A stretch of 64,000 nt of DNA from the human T2T-CHM13v2.0 reference genome, Homo sapiens: assembly GCF_009914755.1 (NCBI RefSeq), contig NC_060940.1, one strand, 5' to 3'. Shown here in pieces: positions 34,334 through 50,298 of this stretch. The notes beneath the pieces were generated by a model. That model worked only from the letters and a program-made list of their open reading frames with translations. It made no database searches and was not told the DNA's origin. The first letter of the stretch is position 1, and each line of letters opens with the position of its first letter. Position numbers and translations under genes: made by a program.

Positions 34334-34720
34334 GTTTTTATGGACTGAATGTGTCCCCCTCCCAAAAAATCATATGCTGAAGCCCTCATTTTAGTATGGA
34401 GATAAGAGTCTCTAAGGAAGTAGTTAAGGTTAAGTGAGGGAATAAGGATGGGGCCCTGATCTGATAAAATTAGTGTCCTCATAAGGAAAGACACCAGGGT
34501 GTGTTCTCCCCAGCCCTAACATGGCACAGAGGAAAGACCATGTGAAGAGACAGTGGTACAGGCCATCTACAAGCTGAGAAGAGGATCCTCACAGAAACCG
34601 AATTTGCTGGCATCTTGATCATGGATATCCAGCCTCCAGAACTGTGAAACAATTACTTTCTATAATTTAAGTGATACAGTTTGTGGTATTTTGATACAGA
34701 AGCCTGAGCTAACGAATACA
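34334..34720 (+). mobile_element. MLT1A-type MaLR LTR
   Basis: Same signatures as 24181-24912. Confidence 0.7.
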
Positions 34721-34995
34721 CTAGTCCAAGGAGCATGAAACAGAGCCCTTATGGATCAGGGAGTGGGGAGGGGGTGTGGAAATAGTCTGTTTTTATCATT
34801 CTCTCCAGCCCCAGCCCCCAGACAATATCACAATATCAATGGCAATGATGGCAGCAGTTTAACAAGCAGGAACTTGGTGGGGCGCAGTGGCTCACACCTG
34901 TATCCCAGCACTTTGGGAGGCTGAGGCAGGCAGATTGCCTGAGGTCAGGAGTTCGAGACCAGTCTGGCCAACACGGTGAAACCCCATCTCTACTA

Positions 34996-35265
<270 letters not shown>

Positions 35266-35645
35266 CTATCCTCTTACTGCTCTCCGCTGAAAACATAAGC
35301 AATGTCAGGAAGTGTGAAACAGAGTGCAGAAATTAAAGCCCACGCTTTCTAAACAGGGGACCCCTAGGAACTTGAAAGTGGCAGGGAGGCCATGGACAGC
35401 ACAGAGCTTAAAGAAGAGATCCCGTCAAGTTGTCCATGAACCCCGGGATCACCCTCAAACTGTGTATGCATGGATTTGACCCTAGACAGCATAGCAAAGT
35501 CCTATAGAACCAAACCACAGGGTATACTAGGACTCACATCCTAGACCGGCCGCTCAGGCACACAGACGACAAATCCAAATAGTACTGCAGAGAAGGGATA
35601 GGCTATCTAGCAGAAGAAGAATACAGAGGACCTGAACAACACTAG

Positions 35646-35976
<331 letters not shown>

Positions 35977-36141
35977 TGATCCACCCACCTCAGCCTCCCA
36001 AAGTGCTGGGATTACAGGCATGAGCCACCGCGCCCAGTCCCAAATTCTTCTTAAGTGCACATGGAACATTCTCTAGGACAGACCATATGTTAGGACACAA
36101 AACCAGTTCAATAAGTTTTAAAATATCAACATTATGGGCTA

Positions 36142-36466
<325 letters not shown>

Positions 36467-36990
36467 TTACAACAGAATAAAGCTAGACATCAATAATGGA
36501 AGGAAAATAGCTACAAAAATATACAACAGCAACCTATTAGAAATGCAAGGACAGCCTGGGCACAGTGGCTCATCCCATAATCCCAGCACCCTGGGAGGTC
36601 GAGGCAGGTGGACTGCTTGAGCCCAGGACTTTGAAGCCAGTCTGGGCAACCTAGTAAGACCCCATTGTTGCAAAAAATACAAAAAATTAGGCTGGGCACA
36701 GTGGCTTACACCTGTAATCCCAGCACTTTGGGAGGCTGAGGCGGGTGGATCGCCTGAGGTCAGGATTTTGAGACCAGCCTGACCAACATGGTGAAACCCC
36801 GTCTCTACTAAAAATACAATTAGCCAGGCACAGTAGTGGGCACCTGTAATCCCAGCTACTCAGGAGGCTGAGGCAGGAGAATTACTTGAACTTAGGCGGC
36901 AGAGGTTGCACTGAGCCGAGGTCGCGCCACTGCACTCCAGCCTAGGCAAAAAGTGAAACTCCATCTCAAAAAAAAAAAAAAAAAAAATTA

Positions 36991-37185
<195 letters not shown>

Positions 37186-37262
37186 TTAGTTAGCAGTTTT
37201 AACATACCTGTTTTAATAAGTTAATACATCAAGTAAAAACAAAAAGTATGCAGAGGGTTTAA

Positions 37263-37655
<393 letters not shown>

Positions 37656-38049
37656 TAATGTATCAATTTTTAAAGAACAACAATTCAAAAGAAAAGCCAA
37701 AAAGGATGTGAACAGTCACTTCTCAGAAAAGGAGATGCAAACGGCTCTTACACATGTGAAAAATGCTTAATCTACTCATAACCAGAGAAATGCAAATTCT
37801 CTAATGCAAACTGCCCAGAGAGACCTTGGCTTCTAAATATCATTCTCCAATGAAAAGAACAGAACTTTTTGGAGGAATGGGTGATTCTAGAGCTGGGATG
37901 CAGAGAATACAAAATGAACCTTGAGCATCTTACAGTGTCATAAAATAAGGAAGTGGGGCGGGGCGAGATGGGAGGCATGTTAAGTACACAGGAGCTCACT
38001 TACATACTGAATGAAGTCCCTAACGAAGGGGGCCTAGGGGCCAAATTGA

Positions 38050-38340
<291 letters not shown>

Positions 38341-40380
38341 TGATCCACCTGCCTCGGCCTCTCAAAATACTAGGATTACAGGCATGAGCCACTGTGCCCG
38401 GCCAGTACGATGGTTTTTAATTATAACAAATGAATTAAATAAATAAATGAGGAAGAAAAAATTCTTCCTTACCGGAGGCATGTAGAGGAAATAGAGCCAC
38501 CCTGCCTTCATTCCATAGCAGACATTTCCTGATGTCATCCTATGTGACAGGCTCTGGGCTGGGGCTGGGCTATGACAGTCCCCCTCAGGAGATCACAGTC
38601 TGCTGGCAGGATGGATGGTGACATCATGAGTGTGCAGTTAACTTATATACAGGCACCCACCCACTTCTCCTCTTTCAGCTTCTCTAGTTCAGTGCCATAT
38701 TTTGCTTTTTCTCGGTACCCTTTTTGCAAATTGAGATATAAATTACATGAAATAAAATGCACCCATTGTAAGTATATAGTTTGATGTGTTTTGACAAATG
38801 TAGGTCCCTGTGTAACCACCACCCCAATCAAAATAAAGAACACTTCTTAGCACTCCAGGAAGCTTTCTCCTGCCCCCACCGCAGGCAACCACCGATCTGA
38901 TTTCTGTTACTGTAGCTTACTTTTGCTTGTTCTAGAATTTCATAAAAATGAAATCATGGAGTATGTACCTTTTGAGTCTGGCTTCCTTCCCTCAGCATGC
39001 TGTCTGCAGAATGCATCCACATTGCTTTGTTTATCAATGGTTCGTTCCTTTTTCTTGCTGAGTAGTATTCCATTGTATGGATGGAAGTTTCTTTATCCCT
39101 TCACCTGTTGATGGCCATTTGGTTTCCAGTTCAGGCTATAAAAATTACGAGGGGGTCAGGCAGGGTGATTCAGACCTATAATCCCAGCACTTTGGGAGGC
39201 TGAAGGATCCTTTAAACCCAACAGTTCAAGACCAGCCAGGGCAACATATTGAGACCCCATCTCTAAATTAAAAATTAAGAAAAGAAATAAGAGGCTGGAC
39301 ACAGTGGCTCACGTCTGTAATCCCAGCACTTTGGGAGGCTAAGGCAGGTAGATCATTTGAGCCCAGGAGTTCAAGACCAGCCTGGGCAACATGATGAAAC
39401 CCTGCCTCTACTAAAATTACCAAAAAAAAAAAAATTTAGCCAGCTCTGGTGATGCACACCTGTAATCTCAACTACTTGGGAGGCTGAGGCATGAGAATCA
39501 CTTGAACACAGGAGGCAGAGGTTGCATTGAGCTGAGATCTTGCCACTGCACTCCAGCCTCAGCAACAGAATGAGACTGTCCAAAAAACAAAACAAAACAA
39601 AAAACAGAAAGAAAAAATATAAGGGGACCTCCAAAAGTTCATGGAAATTGAATTAAAATATAAAAATTTTTAAAAATGAATTTTGTTTCTCAACATAAGC
39701 TCCACCAAGGTCAAGACACTTTTTCTTTCTTCTTTTTTTTTTCATGGAGACATGATCTCATTGTGGTTTTGTTTGCTTGTTGTTTGTTTGTTTGTTTGTT
39801 GAGACAAGGTCTCACTCGCTCACTTTATTGCCCAGACTAGAGTGCAGTGAGGAGATCACAGATCACTGTAACCTGGAACTCTTGGGCTCAAGTGATCCTC
39901 CCATTTCTACCTCCCAAAGTGCTGTGCTATTAGGCATGAACCACCACACGTGGCCCTCAAGATACTTTTTAAAATGAGGATACTAGCCATTTAGTTCATC
40001 CCTAAAGAAATGAGGGAATTTAACCATGTCTATCAGTGTGGTCTTTTTTCCAGTATTAACTGGAGAAAACTAAGTGTCTTTTACAGATTTTTTTAAGATT
40101 AGGAAACGAAAAGAAGCCAGAAAGAGCCGAACCAGGACTCCACAGGCACAAGTGCCCCAGCTCCCCACATCCTCACCAGCAGCTGGTAGTGCCCCCTTTT
40201 GAAGCCATTTCAGTAGACATGCAGTAGTATCTCATTGTGGTTTTAATTTGCATTCCTAGATGTCTCATGATGTTGAGCATCTTTTTACACGCTTATTGGA
40301 CGTTCATATATGTCTTTTAGTGAATTGTCTGTTCAAATCTTTGGCCCATTAAAAAAAATTGGGTTGTTTTCTTCTTATGA

Positions 40381-40569
<189 letters not shown>

Positions 40570-41378
40570 TAGAACTACAGGGGGCACACCACCACACCCG
40601 GCTAATTTTTTGTGTTTTTAGTAGAGACAGGGTTTCACCATGTTGGCCAGGCTGGTCTCCAACTCCTGACCTCAGGTGATTAGCCCACCTCGGCCTCCCA
40701 AAGTGCTGGGATTACAGGCATGAGCCACTGCGCCCAGCCCAGGGCCACGTTTTTAATAACACCAATGGGAACCAGATTTCTCTCTGTTAGAACCCTCACC
40801 TGGCCTCCTCCTAGGGAATTGTCCGTAAAATCCAAACTCCAGGTTCTGGTCCTCCCAGTCTAGCCCTGCCCCTTTTCTGACCAGCTCCCCCCATCTTCCC
40901 CCACCCTTCCCCCCAAACACCTTGGCTCAGTCCTTTCTTTGACACTCCCTTCCTGGCTGTCCTCCCAACCAGCCAGACATCTGTTATCTATTACCAGGAA
41001 CACCTTATTCAGGATTCTCTGGATATGTTTAGTGTTTATTCCACCACCATCACCAGCAGCAGCAGAAAAAGCTGGGGCCTTGCTGTACCCTAGGCACTGC
41101 TGTTGGATGAATAAATGAATGTCAAGAAAGGCTTCTCTGAGGAAGCAATACTGCACTATAGTCACTGAAGAATAAGGAGGAGTTAATTAGAGAAGAAGGT
41201 GGAGAAGCATTCTGGGTAGAGGGGTCAGCATGGACAATGGCTCTGTGGCAGGAGGGACCATAGTTTGTTCCAGGAACTGTAAGAGGTCCATGGGAGAGGC
41301 AGGGGAGGGAAGCACAGCAAAGAGTTATATTTTCCTTCTATACTAAGACCCTGTGCAGGTTGGGAAGCTCCCATGGTT

Positions 41379-41397
41379 TGTGTGTGTGTGTGTGTGT

Positions 41398-41428
<31 letters not shown>
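41379..41428. repeat. (TG)n microsatellite, interrupted once
   Basis: Read directly. Confidence 0.92.
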
Positions 41429-41429
<1 letters not shown>

Positions 41430-41455
41430 TTATCTTTGTGGGGAGGAGATGGAAG

Positions 41456-42349
41456 TGTTACAGGATCTTTGGGGTGTTAATTTTCTGGTTGGAAACCTCT
41501 GTGGCCAGTGGCACCTTTGCCAGAGTTCTTGTCTTGCATCCAGGAAGAATGAGGTACACAGACAAGTGGAGGGAGAACAAGTCAACAAGGAGGTTTACTG
41601 AGTGTTAGAAAGCTCAGAGGAGACTGACAGTGGGTAGCTCTTCTCTGTAGGGAGGTCATCCCGTTGAGTGTTCAGCTCTCAGCAGAGAGGAGGCCCTGGA
41701 GAGTGTGGCTCCTCTCTGTACCTGGTCCTCCCAACCTCTGCTCAGCTCTGGCTGAGACTGGGGCTTTTATGGGCCTCAGAGTGGAGGAAGTGTGAGCCCA
41801 GTTGATCTATGGGCAGCCATGGGTGGGTCAGAAAAGGAGGTACAAGTTCCCACTCTGGTCGGTCGGACTGGCAGCCTGGCCCCCAGCCTTCAGGCCCTCC
41901 CTGGCCCAAAGGTGGGGCCTCAATGGGACTTGCCCCCTTCCACCCAGGAATCTGTCCGCCTCCTGCTGCCATTCATGAAGCCCAGGCTTGCCCCAACTTT
42001 GCTCCCAGATCAGAGCACGTGTCCACAGCAGGAAGAAGCCAGGCAGCAGGAGAAGGCACTTCCGAGCCTGGGAGGGCAGGTGGGGGCCTTCCTGGGCCCC
42101 TAAGAGTACAGGGATGCCTGAGCCTGCAGCTGTGGTTTGGGCAGCTGTAGCTGTGGGAAAGGGGGTCCCAGGGCTCCTGTCTGCCCCATGGAGGAGGCCC
42201 CATTCTGCAGCTGCAGTTTGGGTAGCTGCAGCTGCACCTGGGAGAGCAGGACTCCTGCCTGCTCCATGGAGTGTGCAGCCCAGGCCATGCCTCCCTGCTG
42301 CAGCTGGGTGATGATAGCAGCAGGTTGTCTGGAGCCACGGCTGCCATCA
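41456..42349 (-). mobile_element. MER52-like ERV1 LTR
   Basis: GC-rich LTR with TG...CA ends; minus strand starts TGATGGCAGC. Confidence 0.7.
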
Positions 42350-42393
42350 AAAGTGATCAATGACTGGTGATTGTCATGAGTGGTACAAGGTCA

Positions 42394-42745
<352 letters not shown>

Positions 42746-44326
42746 TCAGATTTTTATTCACCCTATACCCAAGGGTAAAAAAAAACAAAAGCCACAAGCT
42801 ATCCCAAGGAGCCAATTTGCTTCTTCTTCTTCTTCTTCTTTTTTCTTTCATACAGAGTCTCACTCTGCCGCCCAGGCTGGAGTGCAGCTGGAGTGCAGTG
42901 GTGCGATCTCAGCTCACTGCAACCTCTGCCTTCTGGGTTCAAGTGATTCTCATGCCTCACCCTCCCAAGTAGCTGGGGTTACAGGCCTGTGCCACCACGC
43001 CCAGCTAATTTTTGTATTTTTAGTGGAGATGGGTTTTCGCCATGTTGGCCAAGCTGGTCTCGAACTCCTGACCTCAGGTGATCTGCCTGCCTCAGCCTCC
43101 CAAAATGCTGGAATTATAGGCATGGGCCACTGCACCCAGACCCAAGGAGCCAATTTTCCTTAGTACTTCCCGTTCACTCAGTAGTGAGCACATGGGCTCA
43201 AGCCACTCCACAAGTCAGTCAATATTGCAAACCATATATAATAGTATACTTAATCCACATGTAAATGTTATAAACATTCCACAACAAACAAAGTAGCATT
43301 TAACATCAAGAGAAAAAGAGATAGGAGAAAGGGTTAAGGAACCAGTTCCAGGGTAAGGAAGAAGACAAAAGGAATCCTGGTCTGGGCTTGAGGGTCTTGC
43401 AGAGTCTTTGAGGGGCAGAGCCTTGGGAGGCAGATGCAGAGTTCTTATGAACGGCAGTGGGATGGTTGTCAGTTAAGGCTGCTGGGCTGCTGTTTTGTAG
43501 TCACAGAGTGCTCTGGTGAGAAATGGTAGAGGAACAGTGTGCTTCTTTGTGTCCTTATGTGGTTGGACGCAGTCTTTATTTATTTTTTTTTTTATTTTTT
43601 GAGACAGAGTCTTGCTCTGTCGCCCAGGCTGGGGTGCAGTGGTGTGATTTTGGCTCACTGCAACCTATGCCTCCCGGGTTCAAGCGATTCTTGTGCCTCA
43701 GCCTCCTGAGTAGCTGAGATTATAGGCACGGTGCCACCACGCCCAGCTAATTTTTGTATTTTTAGTAGACACGGGGTTTCACTATATTGGCCAGGCTGGT
43801 CTCGAACTCCTGACCTCGTGATCCACCCACCTCAGCCTCCCAACGTGCTGGGATTACAGGCATGAGCCACAGCGCCTGACCTTCTATTTTTTATTAAACA
43901 AAACATCTTGCCCTTGTTGGCAAAGCACCCTATGAAATATAAAATGAAGTCTTTTTCTAAGATGGAGTTAGTTATGTCAAGGGTGCGCAGTACTGTGCCA
44001 TAAGCTCTCCCCCGGCTGCCCAGAGAGAAAACCTAAGGGCCTCTTAAAGACACCATCACAGCAGTTCAGCGGGGAGCAGGCAGGAATGGTTTCGGATCTA
44101 GTGGTGGTGAGAAGTAGACAGAGATCAGAGAAAGTTATAGGAGGTGAAAGTGGGAGGACCTTGGTTACAGACTGCCGGTGAAGAGGGACAAGGACAACCC
44201 GCAGGTCTCCGCTAGTCAGGTGGAAGGAAAGGAGGGGGCAGTGCCCTTCGCAGAGGCACAGGAAGCTGGGTCTTGATCACGCTGAACTCCAGACGCTCTC
44301 TAGATGTGCACGCATGTGCGTGTGGA

Positions 44327-44358
<32 letters not shown>

Positions 44359-44599
44359 TGTGTTGGGGTGGGGGGACTGCAGGTCAGGAAGTCCTGCAGA
44401 TGTGCGTGCCTGTGTGTGTTTGCGCGCGCGCGCGCGTGTGTGTGTGTCTGTGTGTGTGCCTGGAGCTGCGCTTGCAGGTCTGAGAGTCCTCTGAGAATGG
44501 GTTGGGGGAGGCGGGTGCAGGACCGAGGCCTGGAACAGCCAACAAAGAGGCCCTGGAGGAGGGTGGGGCTGGCCGGGGACAGGAGGGGTGGCCAAGAAA

Positions 44600-46050
44600 G
44601 TCGCAAGAAAACTCCGGCCCCCAAGAAAAAGAGAGGGCATGGGTTGCGGAGCCGACATCACGGCCGGGGTCTTTGCTGTTTAGACGCCTGGGTTCCCGGA
44701 TCCCAGACACGCGCACGGGCAGGAAGTTAGACCGGAGACAGCGAGTATAGACAGCCCTTCTGGATAGGGGCAGACGGGTGGGAGCTCCGAAGGGGTGCCG
44801 GGGCGGTGATCGGGAGGTCTCCAGCGGCCCGAACCAGGGTGAAGAAGAAGGTGGAGTCTGCGGAGGCCCCAGGCCGGGGAGGGGGCGGGTCGGGCCCAGC
44901 ATCCCCCGCAGCCGGGGTCCGAGGGGGAGGGGCGGGCTGGAGGAGCGGGTGGGGGCGGGGCGGGGCGTGGCGGCGGGGGATGCGCCCCTGCGCGAGCCAG
45001 TGTCGCCTGCCCTCCTTCCGCACAGCCCGGGTTTCCGCTTCCCTCCGGGCGCGAGAAGAGGGGAGCCAGGCCGAGCCCCGGCCCTACCGCCGCCGCCGCC
45101 ATGTGGCCCCCAGACCCCGACCCCGACCCGGACCCCGAGCCTGCCGGCGGCTCCCGTCCCGGCCCCGCGGTCCCCGGGCTCCGCGCCCTGCTGCCGGCGC
45201 GGGCTTTCCTCTGCTCTCTCAAAGGCCGCCTCCTGCTGGCCGAGTCGGTGAGTGCGGCGGGACCCTCGGCCGCCCCGCTAGGACTGCGCGGCTCCTTTCG
45301 GAGGAGGACGTCGGGGCGCGGGTGGGGTCCGGGGGCGGCCGCCGTGCTCCGATACCCCCTCTCCGCGCCGCCTCGGCCGACTTCTCTCGGGCGCCTGGCG
45401 AAGTTGGGTCGAGGTCCCCAAACTTTGGACGGCGGGGCGGGGCCCGAGCCCAGGCCATCCGCGGCGCTGTCCCCGCGAGTCCAGAGCTGGGGGCCGTGGG
45501 AAGTGGGTGGGGCCCGGGGATGTGGGTCCTGCTGTGTGAGCCAGGCGCCCCCGCCCTCTCTGGGCCCCGGGGACTCGGGCAACTCGGACCTCCGGGACTC
45601 CCGGGCCGCAGCGGGGTCCGCTTTCCTGCGAGCGGGTAGTGCGGGCCGGGGCCTCGACCTGCGGGGCCGAGCCGGCGGGGGGCCGTGCGGAGCGGGAGGG
45701 ATCCCCCACCCCCGGGACTGGGTGAGGCGGCCCCGCGGTGACTTCATCGCCCTCCTCCCCTCCGCGGCCGGGCTCCTTCCTACTCCGCCCTCGCCCCCAC
45801 CCCGGCCGGTGGGGCTTCTTTGTCCTCTGGACACCGGAGGCGCCCGCACTGTCCGCTGTGGGGTAGGGGTGGCGCTGGGCCGTTGGGGATGGGGAGGGAG
45901 AGGCCGGGCCGGAGACCGGGGGAGGCGGGAGGAGAGAGCGGCGCACGGCGGCGGCCACTTGTTGCTTAGATCCCAGGAACTTGGCGCTTCCTGCCCTTGT
46001 CCCCACTTTACAGATGAGAGCGCTCAGGCGCCTGATTTGACAGGTGGCTC
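44600..46050. promoter_or_regulatory. CMTM3: CMTM3 CpG-island promoter with GC boxes
   Basis: Very high GC/CpG; tandem GGGGCGGGG boxes 44951-44966; (GCC)4 Kozak before ATG 45101. Confidence 0.85.
45101..45247 (+). CDS. CMTM3: CMTM3 coding exon 1 (MWPPDPDPDPDPEP...RLLLAES)
   Basis: gccgccgccATG; TCG|gtgagt; 49 codons. Confidence 0.95.
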
Positions 46051-47068
46051 AACTGAGGGGCCCAGTGAGAGCGGCCAGGAGGGTGGGGGCAGGAGGAAGG
46101 GGGATTCTGCTCCGGGACCTCTCCCTGGTCACTCAGGGCAGAGGGCAGAAGGTGGTCCTGCAGCCTCTCCCACGGTCAGCCCAGAGGCCACCTGCCCAAC
46201 GCCCAAGTGAGACACCAATGCCACACTCCGAGCCCACACTCCCAGCCCCACCCTGGAGACCACTGGGAGCCACTTGAGGGGAGAAGCCTCGAATCCACCG
46301 TCCCCAGAGTGGCTTGAACCCCCCCATCCCCACCCAAGACCACCTCATAAGAGGGAGGCATATGTCCAGCAGGAGCATAGAGGCCACCCTGGGCCCAGCA
46401 GATGTCAGGAATCCAGGTCAGGGAGGATAAGGAAGGGTGAACGGTCAGCACTCAGGGTTCACAGGAGCCGCTGAGGGCACTCCTGCCTCCCTAGTCCCCT
46501 CACTCCCACCCCCAGGCCAAGCAAGTGCAGAGGCTGAGATGGACAGAAACAGAGAGAGGAAGTGGCCCCAGAAATCGCGGGATGAAAAAACAGGAATTGA
46601 GAGGGGAATCCCCAGAATTAGGCTTTGGGGTGCAGGCATAGGAGACAGGAAGGGGAGGGCCAGAGCTGGGTCAGTCCCATGGAAGGCCTTCCTGGGAGGC
46701 CCCAGCAGCCTCCCAGCCCGTCTCTATGCCTTAGTCTATCTTTCCAAAGGGGGCTCAGCTGCACCCAAGGCCATGTGCAGAGCAAATGGGGGTGCTCTGG
46801 GGACCCCCTGGGATCCCTGCAGTTCATTTGTCTGAAGCAGCCACAGTGCTTCCTGTGGGGCATCTGGGTGTCCCCATGGGGACTCCTGCACCCACTAGAA
46901 ACTACTCAGCCATAGACATGTTCAAACGCAGCCACAGTGACAGAAACCAGGGACAGATGGCCTCCCCAACACCCACAGGGCCAAGTTGCTTAAGAACTCT
47001 ACCTGGGCCGGGCGTGGTGGCTCATGCCTGTAATCCCAACACTTTAGGAGGCCGAGGTGGGTGGATCA

Positions 47069-47344
<276 letters not shown>

Positions 47345-48603
47345 CTAGTAGCCTCTGATTAGCCATGTGACAGAGTCTTCTCATCTGTCAAGTGGGGCTG
47401 TGCTCATGGGTGGATGTGAGGGTCAGAGGAGATGCCCGTGAGCCTCAGGGTACCAGGCACTGTGGAGCCCCAGGCTGGCCAACAGGTCACCTTGGCCTGC
47501 TCTGCAGCGTACCTGGGCTGCAGGACTGCCCAGGGCTCAACATCCTCCTGCATCAGCTCTTCCCACCTACAGAGTTGTGGGCAAGACCACAGTGAACATT
47601 TTGATTCTTGTAGTTCAAGTACAGCTGGCCCCACCTTTCACAGCTGGCCCTGTATGAATAAGGCAGCAGGGCCTGAGGTGTCAGTGCCAACGCACCCTCT
47701 GTTAGATGTTCCTTTCTTATCATTATGAAAATTTGCAAATACATTAAAACTCCAAAAGATTTTTTTGCTTTATCTATCTGTCCATCAAGGCATTTTATCT
47801 TTTAACACAAAATAAATTGCAGACATCAGGACATTTCAACTCTGAACACTTCAGGACGCATATCATTAAGGTTCAAGGTTTTTTCTTTTCAAGGTGAAAT
47901 CTACATTCAGTGACGAGCACACGTCTTTGGTGTTGGGTGTTACTTTTTGGAAACTGGTTCCTGCCTCGCTTTGATTTCCCTCCGCAGGGCACTGAGTGGA
48001 GTGCATGTGCTTGGAAGGCTGGGGCTTTCTGACTAGGTCCTGTCAGGGAGCTGGGGTGGGGTAAGGTGAGGACTCAGGGCCATGCCCAGGACTGGGAGGC
48101 AGCATAGGTGTGAGCCTGGGCCATGCTGGGTTTTTTTTTTTTGTAGGGGCGGGTGCGGACAGGGTCTCTCTCTCTCTCACCCAGGATGGAGTGCAGTGGC
48201 CTGATCACAGCTCACTGCAGCCTCGACCTCCCCGGGCTCAGGTGATCCTCCCACCTCAGCCTCCCAAGTAGCTGGGATTTCAGGCACACACCACCATGCC
48301 CGGCTAATTTTTGTATATTTTGCCGAGATGAGGTTTTGCCATGTTGCCCAAGCTGGGGTCAAATTTCTGGGCTCAAGCAATCCACCTGCCTGGGCCTCTC
48401 AAAGTGCTAGGATTACAGGTGTGAGCCACTGTGCTTGGCCTGGGATTCTAATCTGGCTCTGCCACTTCCCAGCTGCGGGACTGTGAGCAGTTGGCTTCCC
48501 CTGCTGGAACCTCCTCTATCCTGACCACAGGGCCTGGCTCAGAGGAGCACTGGACAAGGAACATGAAAAGGCTCTGACTTCACCTCAAACTCCTTCCCCG
48601 CAG

Positions 48604-48759
48604 GGTCTCTCATTCATCACTTTTATCTGCTATGTGGCGTCCTCAGCATCTGCCTTCCTCACAGCGCCTCTGCTGGAGTTCCTGCTGGCCTTGTACTTCC
48701 TCTTTGCTGATGCCATGCAGCTGAATGACAAGTGGCAGGGCTTGTGCTGGCCCATGATG
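48604..48759 (+). CDS. CMTM3: CMTM3 coding exon 2 (GLSFITFICY...LCWPMM)
   Basis: ccccgcag|GGT, ATG|gtgagg; 156 nt. Confidence 0.95.
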
Positions 48760-49004
48760 GTGAGGACAGGGGCCCCAGGAGGGAGGGGTGCCCTGCACAA
48801 AGTGGCCAGATGAGGAGTCCAGAGTCGTGCACTTGGGCCCTTATCCTTTCTCTAGTGTGCTGGAGTTTGCAGTTGGTTAGAACTGGATGGAGAGACCCAG
48901 CTTCAGATCATCCCAGCTCCACTACTCAGCAGCCCTGTGACCTCAAGTGGGCTGTGGTGCCTCTAGAGCAGGTCTGTGAGGCAGGGAACCCGGAGAGGGG
49001 TCTC

Positions 49005-49023
49005 TGGCCACCAGGTGGCGCCG
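49005..49023 (+). promoter_or_regulatory. CTCF motif in a CMTM3 intron
   Basis: TGGCCACCAGGTGGCGCCG, a near-perfect match to the CTCF core consensus. Confidence 0.7.
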
Positions 49024-49729
49024 GTGCTCCCCACCGGGCCTACAGGAATGAGCTGCCGCCACAGGAATTCAAGCCATTTCCACGTGGGCAGGACAGGTTA
49101 ACTGAGGACTTGCAGGGCTTACCCAGACTTCAGCCATCGGCAACCCTGACCTCGTTTTATCACCTGTGAGGGCCCAGACCCCAGTGGACCTCGCTGAATG
49201 AAATGTGTCCTAGAGAAAGGGCAGCAAAGGCTCAACTTGAACCCTTGTCTCTTGACTTCATATCCAGCATCTGCTGCCTCAGGAGGGCTGCACCCTCTGT
49301 GTCCCCATCTTAGGGACGGATAAGCAGAAACTGTGGTCCATGAATGGATCGGCCACAAGAGTGTGACAAAGCCGAGGCCCAGAGCCAGATCTCCCCAATG
49401 GAGAGCGGGAAGGGAGCAGGTGGGGGTGTTTCCAACTTCTGCTTCCACCGCATCGCAGGGCAGGCTGCACCCTGATCCACACAGTTTTTTGCCCAGAGCT
49501 TAGGACAGCAGCCCCGCTGGACCCGGGATAGGGCAGTGTCAGCTGCTGGCAAGGCAGCAGAGGCACCTCGGGGGTGGGACAAGGGCCTAGGCATGTGGGT
49601 GGGGCCAGGATGGGATAGGAGCCCTCAGGTGCTAGGCCTGGGGCTGGGAACACGACCAGGCTGCCAGGCCTCCTCCCCATGCTGTGCTCAGCTCCAGGGG
49701 CTCAGGGCAGCATGCCCCTCTCTCCCCAG

Positions 49730-49825
49730 GACTTCCTGCGCTGTGTCACCGCGGCCCTCATCTACTTTGCTATCTCCATCACGGCCATCGCCAAGTACTC
49801 GGATGGGGCTTCCAAAGCCGCTGGG
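49730..49825 (+). CDS. CMTM3: CMTM3 coding exon 3 (DFLRCVTAAL...SKAAG)
   Basis: ctccccag|GAC, GGG|gtgagc; 96 nt. Confidence 0.95.
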
Positions 49826-50177
49826 GTGAGCAGCCGCCCCACCCCTCTGGAAACTGCAGATGCCCCTCTAGCCCCTCATTTAGGGTGGGACCTGGGGCAG
49901 AGCCTTTCCCTGCTGGGGCCCCCCTGGGGTCTCATGTGGGTCCCGATGATGATTCCAAAGTCCTCTCATTAAAGACTGACTCTACCCGGGGTTTTGAAAG
50001 GCTGTTTGTCAAACCAAGTTCACAGCTCATTTTCCCACTTCCGTTACTCACAGGGGTCTGTGCCTGACACTCGGGCTGTTTGTCCAAGCAGATCTGAAAT
50101 GGGCCGTGAGGCTGGGGCAGCAGCCTCCCGGAGCAGGGAGTCAGCCCTGTGATGCATCCCATCCACCCTGTCCACAG

Positions 50178-50298
50178 GTGTTTGGCTTCTTTGCTACCAT
50201 CGTGTTTGCAACTGATTTCTACCTGATCTTTAACGACGTGGCCAAATTCCTCAAACAAGGGGACTCTGCAGATGAGACCACAGCCCACAAGACAGAAG
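50178..50298 (+). CDS. CMTM3: CMTM3 coding exon 4 (VFGFFATIVF...AHKTE)
   Basis: ccacag|GTG, AAG|gtaagc; 121 nt, ends in phase 1. Confidence 0.95.

Noticed and set aside
44680-46210. Long ORFs of 242-389 aa on both strands
   Set aside because: Stop-codon depletion in a CpG island; the true exon ends at the 45248 donor.
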